In this document: positions 7,803-16,663 of the stretch, in pieces
Layout: the number at the start of each line of letters is the position of its first letter
Position numbering within the stretch: the stretch's first letter is position 1
The notes under the pieces: generated by a model
Databases searched by the model: none
Told to the model about the DNA's origin: nothing
What the model saw: the letters and a program-made list of their open reading frames with translations, nothing else
Translations under genes and position numbers: made by a program
Source: an uncultured virus (IMG/VR IMGVR_UViG_3300032334_001399)
Taxonomy: Duplodnaviria; Heunggongvirae; Uroviricota; Caudoviricetes
Length of the DNA stretch: 20,000 nt
IMG/VR virus record: IMGVR_UViG_3300032334_001399
Direction: 5' to 3' (one strand)

Positions 7803-9599
7803 TTAACCCTCGATTGTAGAAATGTTGTTTCGTTTAACAACGTGTACCTTTTCCAATAAGGGATGGCTGAATCCGTGGCTAACGAGTATGGTATTGAGAG
7901 ATTCTTCTTTAAGTAAGACTTCAATTAGTTTCTCCTTACCATCTACATCTAAAGCTTCTATAGTTTCATCTAAAATTAATAGATTAATTCTACTCTGACT
8001 TAAACTTTGCATTAGTTTACGAATTGCTAATAGTGTTGCCACATTAACTCTGGCTCGTTCACCGCCGCTAAGTGCTAATATATCAATATCAGTTCCATTA
8101 TCAGTAATAATTACATTTAATTTATCACTACCACTAATTTGAAAACTGATTTGGAATCTGCCACCACTAAGCTCACCTAGATATTCATTACTGATTTGTT
8201 CTAGGTCTTTAACAAGATTTTCAATTTTATACGCAACTAATCCTGTTGTACTAAAAGTTTTTACTAATGTATTAATAGTATTTAGTTTTGCAGTTAATTG
8301 TTTTGCCGTAGTAGTCCACTCACCAAGTTCTGTTTCCATTTCAACTATTTGAGATTTAACTAACTCTAGTCGATTGTTATGTGCAGTTACTTCGTGATTG
8401 TATTTTTCTGCTTTAGCAATATCTTGTTTAATACTCTCTATTTGCTTTTGCAAATCTTTTAATTGTTTTTGTAATATTGCTTCGTCTAATAGATTTAGGG
8501 GTAGCTCTAGATCAATTAATTGATGATATTTTTCCCACTCTTGTTGATTACGTTGTGCTTGATTCCACTTAGCAAGTTCATTATTATATGTTTTTATTTC
8601 CTCTGCCCTTAATGCGCTATTAAGTTTAGATACTATAATAAGTTGATCTTGCTCTGCAATTAAATTTTGAGTTTTGTCTATATCAATAGCTTGTAAACAG
8701 GTAGGACAGTTACCATGCAATGATTCCATTTTTTGTTTAAATAGGGTTGCATCTTGAATGGTTTTATCATATTCAGTTTTTTTAACCAGCGCACTATCTA
8801 CATCTAATGTTGGTTTATTAGGTATTGGTAGTAAATTAATCTTATCTTTTAATTGTTTATAGGTATTATTTTGTGTAATCTTTTTATTAGTTTTTTCAAT
8901 ATCTTGAATAGTAGTTGATAGTCTACTAGCTTCTGCTACCAGACTATCGTCTAAAACAGAAACCGGAGTATAACCTTTTGGCTCAAAACTTGTTTTACTG
9001 TACTTAGCAATCCACTGCTGAATAGTATCTAATTTAGCTTGTGCTTGTGCAAAGTCTTTACCTACTTCTGCTGCCGCTTGTTTAAATACTTCTCCAGCCT
9101 GAGTATATTTGCCTAAATTAAGCAGCTCAATTAAAAACTTCTTTCTAGCAGTATCAGCACTAGTTAAAAACTCTAGGCTACCAGCGTGACTTTGATAAAC
9201 AATCTGTGAAAAAGTTTTGTGATCTATGCCAATTAATTGTTCTACAAGTTTATAGGTAGTAGTAGCCGTATGACCACTAATGTCCTCTAAACCTTTATAA
9301 AGTTTTACTTGTTGTTGAGTGCCACGTTTTGTTTCTAGTTTATACTCACAACCATCTTTGTCAAATACTAATTCAATTTGATAATGTTTGTCTTTGATAT
9401 AACGATTTAGTATATCGCCTTTTTTAATGCCTTTGCTATTTTTATTGAATAGGACTTCTTCTAGGATTAAGGCAACACTGCTTTTACCATGCCCATTCTT
9501 ACCCACAAGCTGAGTAAGTGGACTTTGAGTAAAATCAATCTTATTACCACTGCCATAACTAAAGGCATTAGACCAGCGTAGTTCTTTTAGTGTTATCAT
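7803..9599 (-). CDS. D13: SbcC/Rad50-like ATPase subunit of recombination nuclease (T5 D13-like)
   Basis: Walker A GKNGHGKS, Q-loop IVYQ, coiled coils around zinc hook CPTC, signature LSGGE, Walker B LLILDE, H-loop VSH. Confidence 0.95.
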   Translation of the reverse strand: MITLKELRWSNAFSYGSGNKIDFTQSPLTQLVGKNGHGKSSVALILEEVLFNKNSKGIKKGDILNRYIKDKHYQIELVFDKDGCEYKLETKRGTQQQVKLYKGLEDISGHTATTTYKLVEQLIGIDHKTFSQIVYQSHAGSLEFLTSADTARKKFLIELLNLGKYTQAGEVFKQAAAEVGKDFAQAQAKLDTIQQWIAKYSKTSFEPKGYTPVSVLDDSLVAEASRLSTTIQDIEKTNKKITQNNTYKQLKDKINLLPIPNKPTLDVDSALVKKTEYDKTIQDATLFKQKMESLHGNCPTCLQAIDIDKTQNLIAEQDQLIIVSKLNSALRAEEIKTYNNELAKWNQAQRNQQEWEKYHQLIDLELPLNLLDEAILQKQLKDLQKQIESIKQDIAKAEKYNHEVTAHNNRLELVKSQIVEMETELGEWTTTAKQLTAKLNTINTLVKTFSTTGLVAYKIENLVKDLEQISNEYLGELSGGRFQISFQISGSDKLNVIITDNGTDIDILALSGGERARVNVATLLAIRKLMQSLSQSRINLLILDETIEALDVDGKEKLIEVLLKEESLNTILVSHGFSHPLLEKVHVVKRNNISTIEG

Positions 9600-10549
9600 A
9601 GTTCTAGCTTGTCCGAATAATTGTAGAATTCTTTTAGTGTTTCAGCAACTGCGGTTTCATTAAGCTGTAGGATATAAGTTAAATACTCACGCACTTCTTC
9701 GCCCAAGCTAAGTTCTGGGTCTAAAATTAGTTGAGTTTCCTGTGCGCGTTTAACTACTTTTTTATCAATAAGATCGCTGTCCTCAAGCTGCCCTAATTCA
9801 TGCAAATCGCCTTCAATTTCATAAATTGTATGATGAAATTGGGTTTGCGGTTTAGGGTCATGCACACCTACTGTTTGTTTAATCAACTGTGGAAGTTCAA
9901 AAGGCATCCAAATATGCGTTAAATTATTGCAATCTAGTAATATAGCTCCAGTACTAACCTCATTACGGTGAAAGCTAGTAGTATAAGGGCTGCCTGGATA
10001 TATAATATTTCTTTGTGAGTTTTCATAGCTGTGTAAATCTCCTGCTAATACCTTTTGCCAACGATTTAACAGGTTAAGATCAATTTCAGGTTTAACGTGT
10101 GGTGGAATTTCACCGCGTACATGAGTACACAAAATCTTTTCTGCAAAAGTATACTTTGTAGTCTCCAGTTCTTTTAGCTTGTTATAGGGCACAAAGTCAA
10201 TGCTGTGCCGAGTATAAAAATCATCAACAATAGTTACTAACGGATTGATTCTAGTAGTAGCACGTTTTAAGTATGTTAAAAAAGTAGTATCTTTTTTAAG
10301 CATTTCGTGATTACCGGGGTAGACTATGCACTCTACATCAATACTAGCAATTAAGTCAAAGTATAGTTCGACTTCATCCATAGTAGGAAGTCTGTCAAAT
10401 ATATCACCACCTAAAACTATTAAGTCAGCGTGACGTTGCATTTGTTTAAACTGATCAATAAATAGATTAAATCTATTTTTAGCCCATTCAACTGGTACAT
10501 TTTTTTGACCCAGTTTTATGTGTATATCTGCTGTGAATAATATGTTCAT
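9596..10549 (-). CDS. D12: SbcD/Mre11-like metallophosphoesterase nuclease (T5 D12-like)
   Basis: ADIH, GGDIFD, PGNHE, GDLH and YPGSP motifs; ATGA overlap with D13. Confidence 0.95.
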   Translation of the reverse strand: MNILFTADIHIKLGQKNVPVEWAKNRFNLFIDQFKQMQRHADLIVLGGDIFDRLPTMDEVELYFDLIASIDVECIVYPGNHEMLKKDTTFLTYLKRATTRINPLVTIVDDFYTRHSIDFVPYNKLKELETTKYTFAEKILCTHVRGEIPPHVKPEIDLNLLNRWQKVLAGDLHSYENSQRNIIYPGSPYTTSFHRNEVSTGAILLDCNNLTHIWMPFELPQLIKQTVGVHDPKPQTQFHHTIYEIEGDLHELGQLEDSDLIDKKVVKRAQETQLILDPELSLGEEVREYLTYILQLNETAVAETLKEFYNYSDKLEL

Positions 10550-10561
10550 TTTGTACCAGAC

Positions 10562-10596
10562 AAAATAGCCCGCTAAAGTATCAGCTTTAGCGGGCT
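10562..10596 (-). terminator. Intrinsic terminator/attenuator downstream of D11
   Basis: Perfect 12-bp stem AGCCCGCTAAAG (10567-10578) / CTTTAGCGGGCT (10585-10596) with a 6-nt loop, followed on the minus strand by ATTTTG. Confidence 0.8.
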
Positions 10597-10602
10597 TGTT
10601 GT

Positions 10603-11238
10603 TTAACCTAGCTCTTTTACAGCTTCTTGATCGCTTTGAGAATTTTCTTCGTCTACACCAGCTTGAAGTTTTTCTAATAGTGCTTTAATTTCATCAGGGT
10701 TTGAACGAGGATATTTTTCATCAATAGGCAGTGCTTTTGCGGCCAGCTCAACTTCCTGAGTATTAAGTGCTCGTGGTTTGCAACGTAAAACTTGCAGGGT
10801 ATATTCCACATTATAAGTTAGTGGCCCAGTTTTTACTCGTTTAAATACTACATCCCAACCAGTTTCTGGATCGGTAGGATCACCTAAATCTTCTGCTGCT
10901 GTAATAATTTGTTCAAACAGCTTCTTTTTTAGGTTAAGAACTTTGACTTTTCCGTCTTTAGGGTCAATGCAATTAACTGCATAACTCCAACTACACTTAA
11001 GATCAGGATGAAATTCAGGAACCCAATCTTTTTCTAAGTTGTCAAACTTCTCTTTGTCGCGACTAAATGCAAGACATTCTACTGGAATATCTTTGTTGTT
11101 AGTACCTTTAACCCAATAAACATATCGTGGTAGTACACCACCAATCAATCTGACTACATTTTCGCCGTCTTTGTATTCGTAGCTTTCAACTGAAGATTTC
11201 TGTGCGCGACCTTTTGTTTGCTTAAAGCTTAGTGCCAT
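10603..11238 (-). CDS. D11: T5 D11-like protein, probable single-stranded DNA-binding protein
   Basis: GENVVRLIGGVLPRYVYW, LGDPTDPETGWDVVFKRVKTGPL, acidic C-terminal tail, GAGGA Shine-Dalgarno; position directly before D12. Confidence 0.82.
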   Translation of the reverse strand: MALSFKQTKGRAQKSSVESYEYKDGENVVRLIGGVLPRYVYWVKGTNNKDIPVECLAFSRDKEKFDNLEKDWVPEFHPDLKCSWSYAVNCIDPKDGKVKVLNLKKKLFEQIITAAEDLGDPTDPETGWDVVFKRVKTGPLTYNVEYTLQVLRCKPRALNTQEVELAAKALPIDEKYPRSNPDEIKALLEKLQAGVDEENSQSDQEAVKELG

Positions 11239-11240
11239 TT

Positions 11241-11627
11241 TTAAATTTCCTCGTGTATAAACTTAATTTGTTTGTTTGTAATTATTAAAAGCGGGTTTGA
11301 TTTTATTTTTTGTAAATCAATGTCAGGATATAGTGTTAAATCTACAGATTTAATGCCGTGAGTTTTATATAAACTGTAATTTCGTAATCCGGCTAATCTA
11401 ATGTATTGCGCTCTATATGCTGAATCTATGCCCACATTTTTGAAAAATGGTTCAGGTTTTAGTAAAAAACTACTTCCTGCCCTTAGTCTACGCAATGGCT
11501 TGTATTTTTCGTGTACATTTTTTGGTATAGTTACACCTAAATAGAACTTGTGTAATGCTTCTATCATATATTCAGCATTGCATTGTGTGTCTTGTTCTAG
11601 TATTTTAAGGTTAAAAAATAAAGTCAT
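11241..11627 (-). CDS. Conserved T5-like hypothetical protein (128 aa) between D10 and D11
   Basis: Own promoter and GAGA upstream; stop 2 nt before the D11 start; GSSFLLKP...AQYIRLAGLRNY...SNPLL pattern recalled from the T5-like gene at this position. Confidence 0.78.
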   Translation of the reverse strand: MTLFFNLKILEQDTQCNAEYMIEALHKFYLGVTIPKNVHEKYKPLRRLRAGSSFLLKPEPFFKNVGIDSAYRAQYIRLAGLRNYSLYKTHGIKSVDLTLYPDIDLQKIKSNPLLIITNKQIKFIHEEI

Positions 11628-11646
11628 TTCTCTGATCTAAGAATAT

Positions 11647-11685
11647 ATTATATCACAGTAAATAAAGATTTACAAGTGTAAATTT
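11647..11685 (-). promoter_or_regulatory. sigma70-type promoter TTGTAA-N17-TATAAT with upstream AAAATTTACAC element
   Basis: -35 at 11675..11670 and -10 at 11652..11647, in the 58-nt gap after the D10 stop. Confidence 0.8.
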
Positions 11686-12981
11686 TTATACCAGTTCAAT
11701 GTCCCAGCCCTTACGCATATAAAATCCTAATCTATCCCTATTTTGTTTTTTATCCTGATAGCCTGCAAATTGCATATCTAAAACTACTGGTTGTAATTTA
11801 TCATCATGCTGACGTTGAATTCTGCCTACAATTTGTTCTAGTAAACTATCGTTTGCAATAGGTACTGCTAAAATAACACAACTAAGTGAATTTATGGAGA
11901 TACCTTCGCTAAAGATTTGTCTGCTGCCAGCAATGCACATTTTTTCTTTTGTGAGTAGCTGTTGCTTGATTTGTTGACGCTGTTCAAAATTGGTTTCCCC
12001 AGTAACCAACACACACGTTTCTCCAACATATTCTTTTACCTTTTGTAAAAATCCAACTCTGTCTGCAATAACTAAAACTTGATGACCAAGCGCAACTTGA
12101 ATTTTTGCTAATTGTGAGATAAATGCCTGATAATCCACATCCTCAGTAAGTGCATTAATTTTTTCTACCCAAGTAGCGCCAGGTTTAAGCGTAATGCCTG
12201 TTTGTATTAGTTTAACTTCAGGATTTAGCGTATGTGATTGTGGCGGTTTATATACTTTACTACCAAAAAAGTCTGGAAACATTATGTGTTTTCCGTCTTT
12301 TCTGATCATAGTACCGCTAAGTGCTATTCTATAACGAGCATGAAAGTCGTCTATTAACTGTGAAAATGTATTAGCTGGACAATGATGTGCTTCGTCTAGG
12401 ATTACAGTGCCAAATTCTTTTGCAAGTTTTGCACTATGTTTTACTAGTGTTTGAACATTAGCCACTGTAATAGCATGGTCTTCCCAATCTACTTTACCAC
12501 TGCCAATAATGCCTACAGGCATATTAAATAGCGCTTCTATTTCTTCACACCACTGATCTCGTAGTGCTGTGGTATGCGTAACCACCAGCGTCTTTTGTCC
12601 CAACTTTCTAGCCACGTGTAGGGCTGTAAAAGTTTTGCCCCAGCCCACAAGAGCATTGATAAAACAAGTGTCTGTAATTTCTTCATAAACTACCAGTTGT
12701 GTATCACGAAGTGGAAATTTTGGTGTTGGAAAGGGTACTGGTACTGTTATACGTTTATCTACTATTTCATAATGTTTAGGAACTAAGTCTAGTCTGCCTT
12801 GTGGTATACTTAAAATACCTTTTGGTAACATTTTATAGTTTCTAATAGTTTCTACAGTACTAAACTGTTTGCTACCAGTATCTTTATGAATTTTATAGGT
12901 AAGTGTTTTTATTATACTTTTGGATTCTTCTACACCTGGATTGTCCAAGTAAATTCTATTAGATATAATTGCTTTTGGCAT
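11686..12981 (-). CDS. D10: Superfamily 2 DEAH helicase (T5 D10 / UvsW-like)
   Basis: LRDTQ, Walker A VGWGKT, LDEAHH, LSGT..RKDG, FSEGIS, QIVGRIQR. Confidence 0.94.
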   Translation of the reverse strand: MPKAIISNRIYLDNPGVEESKSIIKTLTYKIHKDTGSKQFSTVETIRNYKMLPKGILSIPQGRLDLVPKHYEIVDKRITVPVPFPTPKFPLRDTQLVVYEEITDTCFINALVGWGKTFTALHVARKLGQKTLVVTHTTALRDQWCEEIEALFNMPVGIIGSGKVDWEDHAITVANVQTLVKHSAKLAKEFGTVILDEAHHCPANTFSQLIDDFHARYRIALSGTMIRKDGKHIMFPDFFGSKVYKPPQSHTLNPEVKLIQTGITLKPGATWVEKINALTEDVDYQAFISQLAKIQVALGHQVLVIADRVGFLQKVKEYVGETCVLVTGETNFEQRQQIKQQLLTKEKMCIAGSRQIFSEGISINSLSCVILAVPIANDSLLEQIVGRIQRQHDDKLQPVVLDMQFAGYQDKKQNRDRLGFYMRKGWDIELV

Positions 12982-13508
12982 TATACTAACCTGTATGTTG
13001 ATTTAAAGGGTTCATTGTAAAATCCGTATAATATATAGCCTAAACCCCAACGAAGTATGCCAGCATAATATTGCTCTGGTTTAGGAGCAAACATACACTT
13101 AAATCGTTGAGGTAGACCTTGCACTTCTATAATTGCACCCATACCGTCTAGCGGCAAAACTTTTGTGATCTTGTGCGCACCCAACTTGGCGCGGCTAGTT
13201 TTTCTGTACTGAAATATTTTTCCGGTATTGTCAATAAACCACGTAGTTTGTTTGGCTATTTTAATTAAATCACCTAAAAAGTAAATAGCTTGACGTATAG
13301 GAAAAAGTTTAGCGTCAACTACAACTAATCTGCGTAAACCAAGTGTTGCACCTGGTAGCAATTTATCATCTACAATACGTAATCCTACTCGAGTTGCCAA
13401 TGATTCCTTATCTACATACTCCTTAGAGTAGTAGATAAGGTTATCCTCTTGTGTAGGTTTATGCTCGCCTAATCTAAATACGGGCCAACTTATCTCCAGT
13501 AAATTCAT
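12981..13508 (-). CDS. Conserved T5-like hypothetical protein between polymerase and D10 (175 aa; start revised to MNLLEISWP)
   Basis: ATG at 13508 overlaps the last 35 nt of pol and the stop overlaps the D10 start (TAATG). The first 29 aa of the ORF-track call look like a shadow of pol. Confidence 0.75.
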   Translation of the reverse strand: MNLLEISWPVFRLGEHKPTQEDNLIYYSKEYVDKESLATRVGLRIVDDKLLPGATLGLRRLVVVDAKLFPIRQAIYFLGDLIKIAKQTTWFIDNTGKIFQYRKTSRAKLGAHKITKVLPLDGMGAIIEVQGLPQRFKCMFAPKPEQYYAGILRWGLGYILYGFYNEPFKSTYRLV

Positions 13509-15759
13509 TGTAGGTAGCCTTAAAATCTCCAAAGCTATAATCGTCGCCAACGTCCTGATCAACACCAATAGGTGTACCAGGAATACTACAGCCATGATCG
13601 TGCTGAGTATTTAGTTTGAGTATTTGGCAGTAATCGTCTACGTGCTCGTCCTTTACAATTGCCACAATAGAGTCATGAACAAGCATAAAGATTTTTGCAT
13701 CTAAACCTTCTTGCACAATATGTCTAGCAGTACGCATAGCACCTAGTAAATTAACATCACTAGCTAGCGATTGTACTTCAGCATTAATACCGCTGCGTAC
13801 TTCATGAGCAGCAATACCTTTGTCGCTGCTAAATACATTAGGCAATCTACGCTTACGGCCAAAAAAGCTGTAAGTAAATCCGTTTTGTTCAATAAAGCTC
13901 TTACGCTCATCTAGCCAATACTTTAATTTGTTAAATTTGGTAAAGTAAGCCTTAATATCTTCCTTAGCCTGTTCAACTGGATATACTTCGCCAGTAGCTT
14001 TTGATACAGTTTGCGAAACTTTACTTGGGCCACTACCATAAAGAATACCAAATGAAATTGCTTTAGCACTTTGCCGCATACTAGGATAACGCTTTTTAAC
14101 TTCTTCTACAGGACATGGCAAATTAAAAACCATTTTAGCAATTGTTGAATGAAAATCGCCGCCGCTGGAGAATACTTGTTGCAAATTCTTATCACCGCTA
14201 AGCACTGCGGCATAGTACATCTCAGCAGTAGCCAAGTCTTGTGAGACTATTTTGTATCCAGCTGGTGCACGGATACAACCTTTGATGATTGGATTGTCGC
14301 GTGGAATTTGCTGAGCATTAAATTTACCACTACTAGACAACCGGCCGCTAGTGGTAAAAATAAGATTAAAATTTGTACGAATTCGCCCATCTTTGTTTAG
14401 TTCCGGTAGGATTTTTTGAATATAGGTGTTCTGAATTTTACTTAACTGCCTGACCTTAAGAATAGCACCTGGCAGTGCGTGTTCTTCGGCTAGTTGTGCT
14501 AAAACTTCTGCGTCGGTTGAAATAGCACCAGTGCCAGTTTTCTTGCCGGTAGGCTCTAAACCTAGGTAGTCAAATAAAACTTCTCGCAATTGCATTACAC
14601 TATTAGGATTAAAGATTTTTCCGCTGGCTTGCTCAAACTGTTTAACTGCATCAAAACTAAATACTACCTCTTTAGCACGCTGAATTTCATCTTCAAGATA
14701 AAGGTTTGCTTTGTTCATACGATCTTTACAGATTGGAATACCTACCTCTTCCATATCCATAAGAAATAGTGTGCCGTCTACTAGCAAATTTTTATAAACC
14801 CACCACAGTTTTTGATTAGCCTGTAGAATCGGCCAAAACTTGTGAAATAGTTCATAAGTTACTGCTGTGTCAATTGAAGCATATTCGCTGATAATATCAA
14901 ACGGAATCAAGTCATAACTAAAATTTTCTTGAAGAATTCCATGTTGACTACAATAATCACGCTTAAACTCGTCTAGTGCACTATCATAGTCGCCGTAGTC
15001 TGTGTACTTTAGTGCCAACTGCTTTAGTCCATGACTATCAGTTTCGTCCAAGGCATAGTGCATAACCATAGTGTCATGTACTCTAGCCCGGTTAAAGTCG
15101 ACACCAAGATGATACTTAATCATCTTGTAGTCAAACTTCATGTTATGAAAGATAGTTTCAAACTCATTGGCAATCTTTTGTAAGAGTTGAATACACTCCT
15201 CATCCATGCAATCTGTGGTAATATATCTACCCTGTTTAGCTTTGTATGTTAACGAGACTCCTAGTACATATCCGTCTCGGGGGTACAATGCGGTTGTTTC
15301 TGTGTCCCACGCCACATAACCTTTGGCATTTGCCAAGATTTCTTGTAAGTAAGCTTTGGCTTGGTTTGTGTCATCAATACCAGCAAAATCACCAGTAGTA
15401 GGTGCAGCAACGCTATCATTATAATACTTAAGAATCTTGTCTACAGCTCGTTGAAAATCAGGTTTGCCTTCAGGTTTAAAAGCCAGCATAGCTGGATTTG
15501 TAATTGGCACAAATTTCTCAGCAACTAGTTGGCCAGCATAATTTGTTACACTGGTAACTTTAGCGTATTCCTTAGCAGCTTCAGCACCGACTAGGATTAC
15601 TAAATCATACGGTTTAGGGTCGAACTCTAGTGTAACGTCTTTTTTCAATAATTTTGTAATTGGCACCTGACTCATGTGAAAATGCTCAAATTCAAAAGGA
15701 AAATATTCCTTGTAATTTGTACGATTTGGTGCTTTATCAATTAGGGCAACTCGTTTCAT
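13474..15759 (-). CDS. pol: Family A DNA polymerase with 3'-5' exonuclease and a small N-terminal extra domain
   Basis: ExoI WDTETT, ExoII HNMKFD, ExoIII YASIDT, TTSGRLSSS, motif A QDLATAEMY, motif B RQSAKAISFGILYG, motif C VHDS; GGAGA Shine-Dalgarno. Confidence 0.97.
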   Translation of the reverse strand: MKRVALIDKAPNRTNYKEYFPFEFEHFHMSQVPITKLLKKDVTLEFDPKPYDLVILVGAEAAKEYAKVTSVTNYAGQLVAEKFVPITNPAMLAFKPEGKPDFQRAVDKILKYYNDSVAAPTTGDFAGIDDTNQAKAYLQEILANAKGYVAWDTETTALYPRDGYVLGVSLTYKAKQGRYITTDCMDEECIQLLQKIANEFETIFHNMKFDYKMIKYHLGVDFNRARVHDTMVMHYALDETDSHGLKQLALKYTDYGDYDSALDEFKRDYCSQHGILQENFSYDLIPFDIISEYASIDTAVTYELFHKFWPILQANQKLWWVYKNLLVDGTLFLMDMEEVGIPICKDRMNKANLYLEDEIQRAKEVVFSFDAVKQFEQASGKIFNPNSVMQLREVLFDYLGLEPTGKKTGTGAISTDAEVLAQLAEEHALPGAILKVRQLSKIQNTYIQKILPELNKDGRIRTNFNLIFTTSGRLSSSGKFNAQQIPRDNPIIKGCIRAPAGYKIVSQDLATAEMYYAAVLSGDKNLQQVFSSGGDFHSTIAKMVFNLPCPVEEVKKRYPSMRQSAKAISFGILYGSGPSKVSQTVSKATGEVYPVEQAKEDIKAYFTKFNKLKYWLDERKSFIEQNGFTYSFFGRKRRLPNVFSSDKGIAAHEVRSGINAEVQSLASDVNLLGAMRTARHIVQEGLDAKIFMLVHDSIVAIVKDEHVDDYCQILKLNTQHDHGCSIPGTPIGVDQDVGDDYSFGDFKATYNEFTGDKLARI

Positions 15760-15779
15760 TGATTCTCCAGTAATACTTT

Positions 15780-15808
15780 ATTATAGCGTATCAAGCTAGT
15801 AAAGTCAA
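15780..15808 (-). promoter_or_regulatory. sigma70-type promoter TTGACT-N17-TATAAT for the polymerase
   Basis: -35 at 15808..15803, -10 at 15785..15780, then GGAGA and the ATG at 15759. Confidence 0.88.
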
Positions 15809-15809
15809 G

Positions 15810-16661
15810 TTATTTTTTAATATATTCCGCAATGCTTTGTACATCAATCTGATCTAGTTCGCCAGGATCTGTATCATCTGGTAGTTTAATTATTTCTACA
15901 ATAAACTCTAATTCTTCAATAATTGGTTTTAAGATTTGTGCGGCTTTTCTGCCAGCCTCATCACCGTCCATCAATAAGTAGATGTGACTAACACCTTGTG
16001 CTTTAAAAGGCAATAATTTTAATTTTGTATCTGCTTGTAGTGTATTTGTACCAAAAGTACAAGTAACATTTTTTAGTCCTTTATCATAAAGATTAAGCAT
16101 ATCAAATATTCCTTCTACAAGCACTAGACTTTTATAGCCTGCAGGTACTTGTGGTGGAAATAGTGGAATTTGCACTTTACTAGGATAATTTATATATCTA
16201 GGATTACCGTTTGATAGTGTATGTCTAGCTACATATACAACTGTTTTTCCAGTTATATCTTTTATAGGAAATATAATTCTATCCGCAAGTTTTTCTACTT
16301 GATGCGTATAAAAAGCTTCAAAATGTTTAAGCGTTTGCTGGCTAATTCCACGAAAAGTTTTAGTATAGGGTGCAGCACCTGCTGGAAGTTCTAGTCCTGC
16401 TGCCCAAATTTTTAAATCTTGTAGTTTTTCTTTTAGCCTAGCAATTTTTATTGGTATAGGATTAGTAAAAACACCGTAATATTTAAATATATTAGTTTTA
16501 AATCCACAACTAAAGCAATGCGCTATTCCACTAATACGATCTACACGAAAGCTTGGGTTCGTGTCCGGATGCTCTGGATTTAAACATTTGATTAAGTAGT
16601 CGCGACCGGACACCTGATACTGTAATCCGTTTTTTTGAATCAAGTCTAAAACAGGATCCAT
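15810..16661 (-). CDS. DnaG-type DNA primase (start revised to MDPVLDL)
   Basis: Zinc finger CLNPEH...HCFSC, PRYINYP, TOPRIM LVEGIFD and DGDEAG. ATG at 16661 is 2 nt after the helicase stop. Confidence 0.93.
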   Translation of the reverse strand: MDPVLDLIQKNGLQYQVSGRDYLIKCLNPEHPDTNPSFRVDRISGIAHCFSCGFKTNIFKYYGVFTNPIPIKIARLKEKLQDLKIWAAGLELPAGAAPYTKTFRGISQQTLKHFEAFYTHQVEKLADRIIFPIKDITGKTVVYVARHTLSNGNPRYINYPSKVQIPLFPPQVPAGYKSLVLVEGIFDMLNLYDKGLKNVTCTFGTNTLQADTKLKLLPFKAQGVSHIYLLMDGDEAGRKAAQILKPIIEELEFIVEIIKLPDDTDPGELDQIDVQSIAEYIKK

Positions 16662-16663
16662 CT

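Noticed and set aside
7802..7924. N-terminal extension of the 119-aa ORF call
   Set aside because: It overlaps the conserved D13 C-terminus; ATG 7801 directly after the D13 stop is the better start.
13509..13595. Hydrophobic N-terminal extension resembling a signal or TM segment
   Set aside because: It lies wholly within the pol coding region in another frame; ATG 13508 is more plausible.
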